Source: Eledone cirrhosa
Lineage: Eukaryota
Assembly: GCA_964016885.1 (NCBI GenBank)
Contig: CAXHJY010001736.1
Coordinates: 1 to 64,000 of the forward strand
Direction of reading: 5' to 3'
DNA length: 64,000 nucleotides
The notes beneath the pieces are model-generated. The model did not search any database. It was not told where the DNA came from and saw nothing but the letters and a program-made list of their open reading frames with translations. The position numbers were made by a program, and so were the translations under genes. Of this stretch, positions 15,488-28,022 are shown in pieces; the first letter of the stretch is position 1, and each line of letters opens with the position of its first letter.

Positions 15488-15760
15488 ACCTTTAGCTTCA
15501 TACCCATCATTATTGGTGCTACGGGTTATATACCAACCCGCTTGGACCAAAGTATGACTGAACTTGGATTTGCGGACAAAAAGCGCAGCTCCCTAATTCA
15601 TAGTCTACAAATGGCTGCGATAGCTGGCACCTTCAAAATTTGCAAAACATTCTTGCGATTCAAGGGATGACAATTTCTTTTCTTTTACAACCTTGCCACC
15701 AGGAAGGTGGCCGGTCAAAAAAAATATACTCAAAATTAAGAGAAAGAGAAAACATACATA
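15488..15760 (+). mobile_element. 5'-truncated second R4/Dong family member
   Basis: Encodes TFSFIPIIIGATGYIPTRLDQSMTELGF...IAGTFKICKTFLRFKG*, paralogous to the C-terminus of the preceding element; short 3' UTR ending in aacatacata. Confidence 0.8.
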
Positions 15761-16163
15761 CCAGTGGCGAAGGGTAACCTGGAAAGCAGGGCATGCAGTC
15801 CAATTGCCATGGCGGAAAGTGGGGCTGTGCAGCCTTACCCCCCCCCCCACCCTCAAATTCCCTCTAAATGACCCTTCCGGTCAAAGCCGTATGTAGTGTT
15901 ATCTAGTGTGTGTGTGTTATCTTTTTATGTGTCTACGATTTAGTAAGCAGCCAAAGTTCTGCTTGCTTCAACCAACGCAATTGATCAACTCAAGATTCTA
16001 TAACGCATGCACTGCATGCGTTACATGCACGCACTCTTCGCTCCTGATACATACATACATACATACATACATCACACACACACACACACACACACACACA
16101 TCACACACACACACACACACACATACATACATACATACATACATACATACATACATACATACA

Positions 16164-16197
<34 letters not shown>

Positions 16198-16220
16198 CAT
16201 ATACATACATATATACATAC

Positions 16221-16813
16221 ATGGTGGCTGCCAACTCGTTTTCGAGTACGGCCGCTACTTTATATCCATGTAGGAGAACTCCTACCGATGCGCTGAACGA
16301 GTGTGACTTTTTAGTCCAGCCAGCGACTTGAAAACTCTGGTACAAACACTACACTTGTGACAATTATTGACACACAGTGCTAGGCCCATGGGACCATGTG
16401 ACGACAAGTGCAGAGAGATCTCCAGATATAAAGCAATGCCTGTGCCGTGAAGCTTTTATAGTGAGCAAAGGCACTGCACAAAGCCAGTCCCACTCTCTTA
16501 ACCAAGATGATATTTACCAAAAAGAACAAGTCAACATCATTGGATACCATCAGAGTTGCAGGTGTTATATCAGAGTTTTCCTTCTAGAATTCTGCCTTGA
16601 CAAAGGCTAAGGGGTCATCTCTCCCGGTGATTTTGAATGGCCATTGACTCTTAAGAGCTCCTTTGCCCTTTGACAGGTTTTGTTTTTAGTCCTGCAGGAT
16701 GGCCAAAGTCACCCTCCTCACCAAGAAACCTTGGTGGGGTTGCCAGTTTAGTCGCCAACGACCCGACCATGGGACAGGTTGTACTGTTACCAGTAGCACC
16801 GACTGGTGACCTG

Positions 16814-16815
<2 letters not shown>
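16221..16815 (-). mobile_element. Non-autonomous RTE-derived element, copy 1
   Basis: 5' part resembles an RTE 5' UTR (aaactggcaaccccacc); 3' part encodes CSVCTRVFKSLAGLKSHTRSAHR*, the C2H2 typical of RTE ORF ends; (GTAT)n tail. Confidence 0.8.
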
Positions 16816-16857
<42 letters not shown>

Positions 16858-17319
16858 GCATACATACATGCATGCATACATACATACATACATACATACA
16901 TACATACATACATACATACATACATACATACATACATACATACATGACGATGAGAGCAACTGACGAAAACATCCTCCACTATAACAAAGGCAAAAATAAC
17001 TACAACAACAATATCAATGACAACAAAAACAACTATAACACTCTCAATTATAACTATAGCAATAACAACTACACCTATAACAAAAAACAACTATAACAAT
17101 GAGAAAAACGACAACAAGAGCAACAGCAACGGCTGCGATAAAAACAACTTTTAGAACAACGACAACAACAACAACAACAACAAAACGTAATGAGACACAA
17201 AAACACACGACGCTTCCTCTCGTAAAGCAAGTATTGTGTGAGACCAAAAGCAAGTCACCTATTTTTTGAAGATGTCCTCATTTAGTGTTTGTTTGTTTAG
17301 TGGAGTGTGGAAGCCAACA

Positions 17320-17519
17320 ATAACAACACCACCACCACCACCAACACCACCACCACCAAGAACACCACCACCACCAACAACACCACCACCACCACCAAGA
17401 ACACCACCACCACCAACAACACCACCACCACCACCAACAACACCACCACCAACAACACCACCACCACCACCAACAACACCACCACTACCAACAACAACAC
17501 CACCACCACCAACAACACC

Positions 17520-17550
<31 letters not shown>

Positions 17551-17622
17551 CCACCAACAACACCACCACCACCAACAACACCACCACCACCAAGAACACC
17601 AACAACAACAACAACAACAACT
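17320..17622. repeat. (CCA/ACA)n trinucleotide mosaic
   Basis: Direct observation. Confidence 0.9.
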
Positions 17623-17979
17623 GTGTGATAGTAAAAAAACAATTTAATAGAAAAGGGGAAAAATTGATTGAGAAGAAAGAATGGAATGTAAAATAAGAAA
17701 ATATAAAAACGAAAAAGTAAGGGAAATGCAAGGTTTCTAGTGTCACTGAAGAGTGGGGGGGGGGAGAGATGGTGATGGTGTCTGGGCCTAGGGTGCAGTG
17801 GTAAAGGGGCAGCGCCCCGAGGCCAAGACCGCAAAAGCATTCCCGTGGACAATGGCCAGCGACACCCTCTGCAACAGCCACCCCCACATCGCGGGGCTTC
17901 TTCCGTTTGCATTGAATGGGAGCCATCTTCCTGCCAAAACTATTTTTTATGATGAATTTTTCAAATGTTTTTCAATGTA

Positions 17980-18486
17980 AGGCCCCTCATAACTTAACTA
18001 GCACAATGCCTCATAACTTAGCTAGCATATGCCCTCATAACTTAACTATCACAGGCCCTCATAACTTAATTATCACAGGCCCTCATAACTTAACTAGCAC
18101 AGGCCCTCATAACTTAACTAGCACAGGCCCTCATAACTTAACTAGCACAGGCCCTCATAACTTAACTAGCACAGGCCCTCATAACTTAACTAGCACAGGC
18201 CCTCATAACTTATCACAGGGCCTCATAACTTAACTAGAACAGGGCTTCATAACTTAACTAGCACAGGCCCTCATAACTTAACTAGCACATGCCCTCATAA
18301 CTTAACTATCACAGGGACTCATAACTTAACTAGAACAGGGCTTCATAACTTAACTAGCACAGGCCCTCATAACTTAACTAGCACAGGGCCTCATAACTTA
18401 ACTAGCACAGCGCCTCGTAACTTAGCGAGCACAGGGACCTCATATGTCCTAAATCTAGCACAGGCCCTCATAACTTAACTAGCACA
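17980..18486. repeat. 24-bp minisatellite (aggccctcataacttaactagcac)
   Basis: About 19 tandem units. Confidence 0.95.
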
Positions 18487-18800
18487 TCAACATTTGTTGA
18501 TTCTTAAAGGAACATGTTAGTATTGCTTATGGTGCCTTTCCTGGACCCTATCTCATAAGTAAAATCTTACACTAATTAAATTTGATATATTCAAATGAAG
18601 TTCAGATATAAAAAAATAAACTTAAAAAGAATTTATTATATCAAATAAACAAAATAAAATATAGACGTTTGAAAAGGTGGGGTGGGGGTTTGTCCCCTGG
18701 TAGGCCCCTGAAATAAGGTCCTTGCCTTCAACTATAGTTTCAGCCGATATTGTTTTGACGTCATGGGTATTGAAAGAAGACGTTAGATTATCCGTTAACA

Positions 18801-19312
18801 CTAGTTAGACCCGTGAAAAAATTCATGGATAATCCCCTCTCTCTATATTATAACCCCCTCTCTCTAAATATATTAAACCCCCCCCCCTCTATATATATAT
18901 ATAAACACATCCCTTTCTCTATTAAAACCACCCTCTCTATATATTATAACACCCCTCTCTCTCTCTCTATATATATATATATTTAACCCCCTCTCTCTAT
19001 ATATATATATTTTAACCCTCCTTTCTCTATATTATAACCCATCCCTTTCTCTGTTATAAACCCATCCCTTTCTCTATATTATAAACCCCTCTCTTTCTCT
19101 ATATTATAACCCATCCCTTTCTCTATATTATAACCCATCCCTTTCTCTATATTATAACCCATCCCTTTCTCTATATTATAACCCATCCCTTTCTCTATAT
19201 TATAAACCCATCCCTTTCTCTATATTATAAACCCCTCTCTTTAAATATAGTATAACCCCCTCACTATATATATATTATATCCCCTCTATATATATATATA
19301 TTATAACCCCTA

Positions 19313-19346
<34 letters not shown>

Positions 19347-19484
19347 ATAACCCATCCCTTTCTCTATATTATAAACCCATCCCTTTCTCTATATTATAAA
19401 CCCCTCTCTTTAAATATAGTATAACCCCCTCACTATATATATATTATATCCCCTCTATATATATATATATATTATAACCCCATA

Positions 19485-19541
<57 letters not shown>

Positions 19542-19747
19542 ACCCATCCATTTCTCTATATTATACCCCCCCCCCTCTCTCTCTTCTTTTCAAACGTTGC
19601 AACGCTCATTGATTTTCTTTCGCCGTAGATTTTCACCGTAGATTGTTTACCACCCCACTTCCATTGTTTTACTGAAAGCGTGACACACATGGTCGGACAT
19701 ATATATTAATATGTCAATACGTAGGTATTGACATATTAATATATAGA
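18801..19747 (-). mobile_element. Non-autonomous Helitron with an internal minisatellite
   Basis: On minus: A|TCTATATA 5' end, 3' subterminal hairpin (cccgtg/catgga on plus) then CTAG|T, i.e. inserted between A and T without a TSD. Internal ataacccatccctttctctatatt repeats. Confidence 0.75.
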
Positions 19748-19859
19748 TGAACAATGATATTGCTCCACACCTTCCCCGTTGTACCCAAACAGTCTTCTTA
19801 CACAGAGAATGTCATATGATCCTCCTACACAAAAAACACCTGAAACAGAAAGTAATGTA

Positions 19860-20040
19860 ATTGTTTATACTTTTGGCACAAGGCCAGCAATTATCCCAGT
19901 GCATTACTGGTACTTTATTTTATCGACCCCGTAAGGATGAAAGGCAAAGTTAACCTCGGCGGGATTTGAACTCAGAATGACAAGGGCCGTAACTCTATGC
20001 TAGAAAGCATGGCGTCCGACCCTCTACTGATACTGCCAAT
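19860..20040 (-). mobile_element. SINE S1
   Basis: Near-identical to 5142-5328. Confidence 0.85.
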
Positions 20041-20317
20041 TCAAAGTAATGTAATGTTGTTAACAAAAGAAAATGATCATCAGATCTGAGGTAATACATT
20101 CATCTAGGACCACACTACATCCTTTAACACCTCAATGCTTCCTGAAATTCGCCAACACTACACCTGATATTCCCCCTCCAAACACACGTACACATGTATA
20201 TCATGACTCATACACTGTTCACTTTCCTGACATTTGTACTATACATGCACCTTTGATGAGTTGTAGTGCACCTGAGCACTGTACACAATAATTTCATTAT
20301 TATTATCATTATTTTGT

Positions 20318-20511
20318 TATCGGTAGAGAGTCGGGTGCCATGCTTTGAAGCATAGAGTTACGCCCCTTTATAGTCTAAGTTCAAATCCCGCCGAGGTTCA
20401 CTTTGCCTTTCATCCTTACGGGGTCGATAAAATAAAGTACCAGTCACGCACTGGGCCGATTTAATTGACTTTCCCCTCCCCAAAATTACTGGCCTTGTGT
20501 CTATATAGAAA
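20318..20511 (+). mobile_element. SINE S1
   Basis: Same head and central domain, plus strand. Confidence 0.85.
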
Positions 20512-20613
20512 ACCATTATTTTAAGAACACGTTCGGGTATCGAACTCGCCACTTCATGATTGGGAATCGAACTCTGTAACCACACACCTTTACCATTCGT
20601 GTCATCAGATAAC

Positions 20614-20793
20614 TATTTCTACTTTTGGCACAAGGCCAGCAATTGTCCCAGTGTATTACTGGTACTTTATTTTATCGACCCCCGTAAGGATGAAAGGCAA
20701 AGTTAACCTTGGCGGGATTTGAGCTCAGAAGGTAAAGGGCCGTAACTCTATGCGTCAAAACATGGCGTCCGACCCTCTACTGATACTGCCAAT
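20614..20793 (-). mobile_element. SINE S1
   Basis: Near-identical to the other copies. Confidence 0.85.
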
Positions 20794-20852
20794 CAAATGA
20801 GAGAGTGGTACTCATGTACAAGTGTTTGTCATTAGAATCCATGATGTACAGA

Positions 20853-20954
20853 TCTCTCTCTCTCTCTCTCTTTCCTCTCTCTCTCTCTCTCTCTCTTTCC
20901 TCTCTCTCTCTCTCTTTCCCTCTTTCTCTTTCTCTCTCTCTCTCTCTCTTTCCC

Positions 20955-21027
<73 letters not shown>

Positions 21028-21370
21028 CTCTTTCCCTCTCTCTCTCTCTCTCTTTCCCTCTCTCTCTTTCTCTCTTTCTCTCTCTCTCTTTCCCTCTCTC
21101 TCTTTCCCTCTCTCTCTTTCTCTCTCTCTTTCCCTCTCTCTCTTTCTCTCTCTCTTTCCTTCTCTCTCTGTCCCTCTCTCTTTCTCTCTCTCCCTCTCTC
21201 CCTCTCTCCCTCTCTCCCTCTCTCCCTTTCCCTCTCTCCCTTTCCCTCTCTCTTTCCTCTCTCTCTCCCTTTCCCTCTCTCTTTCCTCTCTCTCTCTCCC
21301 TCTCTCTTTCCTCTCTCTCTCTTTCTCTCTTTCTCTCTCTCTCTCTCTATTTCTCTCTTTCCCTCTCTTC
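20853..21370. repeat. (CT)n-rich polypyrimidine tract
   Basis: Direct observation. Confidence 0.95.
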
Positions 21371-21445
21371 TGTAATTTTATCTCACAAGAGATTTTGAAT
21401 CTGTTTTGCGAGATTTCTTATCCGAAAACGTGTGTTGAAACAGAT

Positions 21446-21780
21446 ATTGTTATACTTTGGGAGGGTCATGTTGCCAATAAAAACACACGCACCACCTGTT
21501 GGTTTTTCACTTCAACATATTATAAGTTTCCGGTTGGTTGGTTGGATAACACAACACACAAACACAAGATGGTGTAGGACAGAACAAAGGAGACACAGAA
21601 AATAAAAAACCTAGTCAATGAGGAATGTCACAGAATGTGTGACGACGGAGCTTTGACAATATATAAACAACCTTCCGACTATCGAACCAACCAACCAGAA
21701 ACTTATAATAAATTGAAGTGAAAACCAACTGGTGCGTGTCTTTTTATTGGCAGCATGACCCTCCCAAAGTATAATAATAA
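21446..21780. mobile_element. Inverted pair of Penelope-like 3' termini
   Basis: Arms 21446-21543 and 21685-21780 are reverse complements; attgttatactt..ggagggtcat and ttggttggtt match the terminus of the Penelope element at ~60032-60110; (TA)n on the right. Confidence 0.65.
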
Positions 21781-22434
21781 TATATATATATATATATATA
21801 TATATGAAAAAATGGGGAGAAGAATACTGCAGGTTGCACATGGATAACATGTAATAAAATAAGTCCCTCATCAGTGATTTGCCGACGATCATAGATATTT
21901 CACTGCATTAAAAATCATATACCTCACGTCGGTGCAATAATAACTAAATTAAGTTATTAGGACAATTAAAACGCGTAAAGCGAGTGAGACAAGATAACAA
22001 CAAAGAGGAGAGCTAACCGTAGAAGGAAGGGAACAAGCTTCATAGTTATTCTGTTAGCATAAGCTAGGTGAATATATGAGCGCTTAGAAAAAAGACCTTT
22101 CAGGAACGAATTCAAATGTGAGAAAGAGAGAAAATGTTTTCGTCGCGAACATACAAACATAAATTATCGAGAATAGCATTTCGGCCCACGAAATAACGAA
22201 AAACAACCTCCGAGATGTGTGGCAAGTGCTCAATGATTCAGATGAACCAGAGCTATAACAAACGTTAAAGGCCAAACACACTGAGACGATGGTTAAACAA
22301 TCATTCGCATAGCCTAAAAAGAACGATCAAGTAATTCGGGTATTGAAAATTTACCTGGACCCCTGGAAGGTTGGTAAAATCCAGTATTTGGGTTTCTGCG
22401 GCTCCTAAATCAAGTACCGTCCGCTTACATAAAT

Positions 22435-22613
22435 AATTGTTCCTACTTTAGGCACAAGGCCAGCAATTATCCAGTGCATTACTGGTACTTTATTTTATCG
22501 ACCCCGTAAGGATGAAAGGCAAAGTCAACCTCGGCGGGATTTGAACTCAGATCGTAAAGGGACGTAACTATGCTGGAAAGCATGGCGTCCGACCCTCTAC
22601 CGATACTGCCAAT
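22435..22613 (-). mobile_element. SINE S1
   Basis: Near-identical to 5142-5328. Confidence 0.85.
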
Positions 22614-22664
22614 CAGTCTTCTGGTAAGATGATTGAACAAGGAAGCCACTATATATATATAGGA

Positions 22665-22811
22665 TTATTTCTGAAGACGGCATATGTATGTGTTGGTATG
22701 TATATTATATTTGATAATTTGTATAATTTTGTATAATTTTGTACATAGATCTGTTGAGTATGCATACCAATTCTAACACACATATATGTCCTAGAAACGA
22801 TCGTTAAATAA
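22665..22811 (+). ncRNA. Hammerhead ribozyme with a very long stem II (family G)
   Basis: ttattt-CTGAAGA-[~115-nt hairpin: ggcatatgtatgtgt/acacatatatgtc and ttggtatgtatatt/agtatgcataccaa]-GAA-ACGATCGT-T-aaataa. Confidence 0.7.
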
Positions 22812-23009
22812 TGAACTTTTTTTGTTTAATATAAGGAACTGTTTCATTGTTTTATTCATTATTTTTTTAATATTTTATCTTGACTCTGTATTCCGTTTAT
22901 CTTTCACCGAAAGTGATTTTTGAATGCATCTCTTCTTTCCATGATATCCGGATTACATTGAGTTCTTCATACGGATTGGACACTACCGTAAACTTTTGGT
23001 AGATTTATC

Positions 23010-23052
<43 letters not shown>

Positions 23053-23854
23053 GCGTACCTTAACAATTGGGTCGGGTGGTGGTGGTGGTGGTGGCGGCGA
23101 TGGTAGTTGGTGGCAGTAGTGGTGGTGGCGGCGGTGATGGTAATTGGTGGAGGTGGTGACGAATATAGTTGGACGTAGTCATGATGGTGGTGGTGGTGAT
23201 GATAGTTGGTGGTAGTGATGATGGCGGTGGGGAGTGGCGATGATAGCTGGTGGTGGGGGTGGCGATGATAACTGGTGGTGGGGGGTGGCGATGATAACTG
23301 GGGGTGGCGATGATAACTGGTGGTGGTGGAGGTAGCGATGATAGCTGAAGCAGGGATATATAAATCTGGTAGGCTTACGTGATGCTTCTGTAGAAACGTG
23401 TGTGTATATAAGTATGTGTATGTATATATACATATGTGTATGTATATATACATATGTGTATGTATATCTATATATATAGAGTTTAAGAATAAACAAGACA
23501 GATTTTTTAAAATCTATCTATATATATATATATAGATAGATATATGGGCTGATAGGGGGCGGATTAAGGAATTGCAGAAACCCAAGAAGCTAGATTTTAC
23601 CACCTTTCTAGTGGGTCCGGGTAAGTTTTTACATTCATATAAATTATTGATTTATTGATATTTTATCTGAGTGACCCGAATCTTCCTGGTCGTTATTTTT
23701 CGGTTGCATGGGTGATTTTAGGCATAATCTTTGTGTGTTGGTATTTTAACGATAGTTATAGCTCTGATTTATCTGAATTATTGAGCCCTCTGCCACTCAT
23801 GTCGGATTTGTTTATCGTAAATTCGTGAGCTGATTTTCCGATACTCGATTATTC

Positions 23855-23895
<41 letters not shown>

Positions 23896-23905
23896 TGTGT
23901 ATGTG

Positions 23906-23938
<33 letters not shown>

Positions 23939-24307
23939 TTATGTGTGGTCTATATATATATATATTCAGGTTTGAGGTTCACCACTGGATAGAGCTGGTC
24001 TATTCCGTATGGTCAATCGCAATGTAATATATATATATATATATGTTTGTGTGTGGTGTGTGTGTATATATATATATATGTTTGTGTGGTGTGTGTATAT
24101 ATATATATATAGTTCAAGAATAAGCAACTCTCCACCCATAAAAAGCAGATGACTTGGAATGTAACAATATAGTTATATAAGAGTTAATAATATATAGCTT
24201 CTAAAATAAGATGCATATAAGATGCATATAAGATGCATATAAGATGCATATAAGATGCATGTATATATATATAGAGAGAGAAAGTGAACAACACAATATA
24301 TAACTAC

Positions 24308-24371
24308 TCCATTACCAAAGGTTTCAGGACCCTGGACAATATTAATATGTCTGGATCGTTCATCAGACAGA
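24308..24371 (-). ncRNA. Hammerhead ribozyme (family H)
   Basis: Reverse complement tctgt-CTGATGA-acgatccagaca(tattaatat)tgtccagggtcct-GAA-ACC(ttt)GGT-A-atgga. Confidence 0.75.
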
Positions 24372-24454
24372 CTCTGTTCACTTTCTAATTAAATAGCTCT
24401 GTTCTATACATAGAACACTCTCTTTTCCTTTGCTTTTCCTTCGGAATTACCTAA

Positions 24455-24505
<51 letters not shown>

Positions 24506-24617
24506 GAATTAAACAAGATTCAATGAGTACATCAAAGAATGAGTTTTACAGTAGATTGGAAGCACTCTACAGTAAAATATTTTCCAGAGTTATTAATATT
24601 AAAATATTAATATTAAA

Positions 24618-24644
<27 letters not shown>

Positions 24645-24651
<7 letters not shown>

Positions 24652-24990
24652 AGATCAAAAGATGGTTAAAAGAGTTCCATGTATTTTATTATCCGCATTT
24701 CAAAAACAAATATCATCATGCAATAACATGTGTTTTCATCAGATAAAATAGGAAGACATGATATGAAGGTTAAAAAACACTTGTGAATAGTGCAGTTTTA
24801 AATAAACATATCATGTTTATTTAAAATAAACATATGTTTATTTAAAACTGCACTATTCACAAGTGTTTTTTAACCTTCATATCATGTCTTCCTATTTTAT
24901 CTGATGAAAACACATGTTATTGCATGATGATATTTGTTTTTGAAATGCGCATAATAAAATACATGGAACTTCTTTTGATCTTATATATTA
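24645..24990. mobile_element. Head-to-head palindrome carrying hammerheads (family I)
   Basis: Left ~24645-24810 and right ~24830-24990 are reverse complements; (TA)n on the left. Confidence 0.85.
24893..24961 (+). ncRNA. Hammerhead ribozyme (family I)
   Basis: tattttat-CTGATGA-aaacacatgttattgcatgatgatatttgttttt-GAA-ATGCGCAT-A-ataaaata: 8-bp stem I and a palindromic stem III. The mirror copy (~24692-24760, minus) has ATGCGGAT. Confidence 0.8.
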
Positions 24991-25751
24991 TGTATACTTC
25001 AGTCCTACAAACTGTAGAGTGCTTCTTATCCGATATCTGCATTGCTTTATTGTACTACAATAAAACTCACCTCCTACATTATATATATATATATATATAT
25101 AGTAGAATAATCGAGAATCGGAAAAACAGCTCACGAATTAACGATAAACAATATCCGATATGTGTGGCAGAGGGCTCAATAATTTGGATAAATCAGAGCT
25201 ATAACCATCGTTAAATTACCAACACACAGAGATTATGCCTAAAATCACCCGTACAGCCGAAAAAGAACGACCAAGGAAGATTCGGGTCACTCAAATAAAA
25301 TATCAATAAATCAATAAATTAAATGAATGTAAAAAACTTACCCGGACCCGCTAGAAGGGTGTTAAATCTAGCTTCTTGGGTTTCTGCAATTCCTTAATCC
25401 ATTCACTATCAGCCCACATAAAAAATATATAAGACTTCTAGAGAAGGACTGGACGCGGAAGAGCTTTCTCAACGGGTTCCGTCCGATAATAAAGAAGGGA
25501 TCCCTAGCCAGAAACGCACATGGTACCCAGCAAGGGAGATAACCTCTATATTAGCGAAAGATTTCGGTAATGTGCAAATTATGTAAGAATACAAAATATC
25601 ACATATCGAATCAGAGTGCTCAACAGACGTGTTAAAATATACAGATATATGCATCTTATTTTAGAAGCTATATATTATTAACTTTTATATAACTATATTG
25701 TTACATTCCAAGTCGTCTGCTTTTTATGGGTGGGCAGTTGCTAAATTCTTG

Positions 25752-25791
<40 letters not shown>

Positions 25792-26902
25792 CACACAAAC
25801 ATATATATATATATATATATATACACACACCACATACACAGACACATAACACCACATACACAGACACATATATATATAGATAGATTTTAAAAAATCTGTC
25901 TTGTTTATTCTTAAACTCTCTATAAATATATAGAGAGATATACATACACATATGTATATATACATACACATATGTATATATACATACACATACTTATATA
26001 CACACACGTTTCTACAGAAGCATCATGTAAGCCTACCAGATTTATATATCCCTGCTTCAGCTATCATCGCCACCCCCCACCAACACCAGTTATCATCGCC
26101 ACCCCCACCAACACCAGTTATCATCGCCACCCCCACCAACACCAGCTATTATAGCCACCCCCACCCCCCACCAACACCCCACCGCCATCATCACTACCAC
26201 CAACTTATCATCACCACCACCACTACGTCCAACTATATTCGCCACCACCTCCACCAATTACCATCACCGCCACCCACCACCAGCCACCGCCACCACCACC
26301 ACACGACCTAATATCGTAACACCGCCGCCACCACCAGCACACGCTACTAATATCGTAACAAAAAGATCAACAACAACAGTAATAACAACAACAACAGCAG
26401 CAGCTGTAGTAGTAGCTAAGCTATTGTAGTAGTTAAGCTAGAAATACTTTGTTGATAGAACACTTGTACCTAAGCATTCCTTTTGAAGTAAAGAGTAACA
26501 GATTTGTTTACTTCAGGCTGACTGACTGTAGGCGACCTTGACAGAGTTTTATTTATTTTACAATAGATTTACTGATTCTGCAGTCTCGTTATAACTTCCA
26601 CGGAATGATTATATATTTTCTCCCTTTTTATGCCTATTCTCTTTCCTCCTCTCTCCGTTCTTCTTCCTCTTTTTCCTTCCCTTTTCTCCTCTCCTTTTTC
26701 TCTTCTTTTCCTCCTGGCCTTTTGATTAAGAGAAGGGCCTCGGGCGCACCGCGGATCGCTACAGATGATCGCGGCTTTACAGCTGACGAAGTATTCTTCT
26801 TTTCCCCTCTTGTTCCGTCCAAACCACCATCCTATACCTTGTTTTTAGTAACCACACAACTCCTTTCGTTTCTTATCATTATATATATATATATATATAT
26901 AT

Positions 26903-27118
26903 AGGAACCAGTAAGACCCCGACAGCTGAGCTCAAGCCGTTTCGACGGCTAATTCTGGACTAAATTCTGGACTAAATTCAGTCCAGAATTAGCCGTCGAA
27001 ACGGCTTGAGCTCAGCTGTCGGGGTCTTACTGGTTCCTATTACCCACTCTACTACCTCAAGTATTGAGTACTTTGGTGCGTTATGGTCCACCTGGTTCCT
27101 TACCACATTTCCTTCGTT
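26903..27118. mobile_element. Family F fold-back element, diverged variant
   Basis: gaccccgacagctgagctcaagccgtttcgacggctaattctggact ... agtccagaattagccgtcgaaacggc; (TA)n on both sides. Confidence 0.85.
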
Positions 27119-27166
27119 ATATATATATATATATATATACAAGTTAATATAAATTAATATATAATA

Positions 27167-27335
27167 CATGGACACACTAGAAGAGGAAGACCAAGGTTAA
27201 CATATGTTGATGCCCTAAGGACAGACACTGGTCTGTTGGAGATGCAGGATATGGCAGCGATAATGAGGGACAGAGACCGCTGGAGAGAACTCGTCCATGG
27301 ATCTCGAGAATTTTACCCGCCTTAGATAGATAGAT
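27167..27335 (+). mobile_element. 5'-truncated RTE LINE 3' end
   Basis: HGHTRRGRPRLTYVDALRTDTG..MRDRDRWRELV..* (RTE C-terminal motif) followed by a (TAGA)n tail. It interrupts the left arm of the inverted repeat at ~27136-27538. Confidence 0.8.
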
Positions 27336-27683
27336 ATGATAAACACTAATACAATTATATAAGTGTTTGTATTGTAAATGACCAAGTTTTTATTGATTTA
27401 TTATTTTAAATCGAGACAGGCAAACTGTATTAATATAATTAGTATTTTTCAATCTAGCTAACTTGGTCATTTACAATACAAACACTTATATAATTATATT
27501 AGTGTTTATCATATATATTAATTTATATTAACTTGTATTTCACGGCTCAGAAATATTTCTTTCTTTGAGCTATTTAATTGTAAAAGACTGTTTGAGTTTA
27601 TAACTCTATATATATATATATATATAGTTCGGATCTAGCTGTCGAAACGGTCACAGCTCAGCCGCCAGGGTCCTGACTCTTTT

Positions 27684-27734
<51 letters not shown>

Positions 27735-27822
27735 GGCTTCTACAGGACTAGAACTGTGTCATTCGGGAGAAATCATCAGGAAGCCCTGATGAAACAGTTC
27801 TAGTCCTGTAGAAGCAATATAT

Positions 27823-27854
<32 letters not shown>

Positions 27855-27987
27855 AAACCTTGATAACTTTAACTTTGATAAGTTTCGGTCAGTATTGGCC
27901 AAGGCCAAGGTAAACAGAAATAACACAATCGGTACAGTATATGGAAGGAATATATTAGGTTAACGCTTGAAATAGCAGGAAGAGGGT

Positions 27988-28022
27988 CATAACCTTTCGG
28001 ACGCTAGTCCTTCTTCAGAAGA
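27988..28022 (-). ncRNA. Hammerhead (family A variant)
   Basis: Reverse complement tctt-CTGAAGA-a-ggac(tagc)gtcc-GAA-AGGT-T-atga. Confidence 0.65.

Larger units (their letters stand above)
23050..26345. repeat. Kilobase-scale inverted duplication
   Basis: 23050-23520 mirrors 25878-26345; 23545-23860 mirrors 25100-25415; 24110-24220 mirrors 25647-25755. Confidence 0.85.

Noticed and set aside
16282-16362. C2H2 zinc finger as a host gene exon
   Set aside because: Present in every sufficiently long copy of a dispersed repeat and matches the RTE ORF terminus.
17259-17926. Pro-, Gly- or Thr-rich ORFs (extensin/mucin-like); also 48448-49684 and 52035-52869
   Set aside because: Trinucleotide repeats open in several frames on both strands, with no unique coding context.
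20530-20590. tRNA gene candidates (also 28396, 33375, 63316)
   Set aside because: Only A/B-box remnants without a full cloverleaf; these are SINE heads.
26700-26830. CpG-rich patch as a possible promoter or 5' exon
   Set aside because: Too short, with no supporting splice or ORF evidence.
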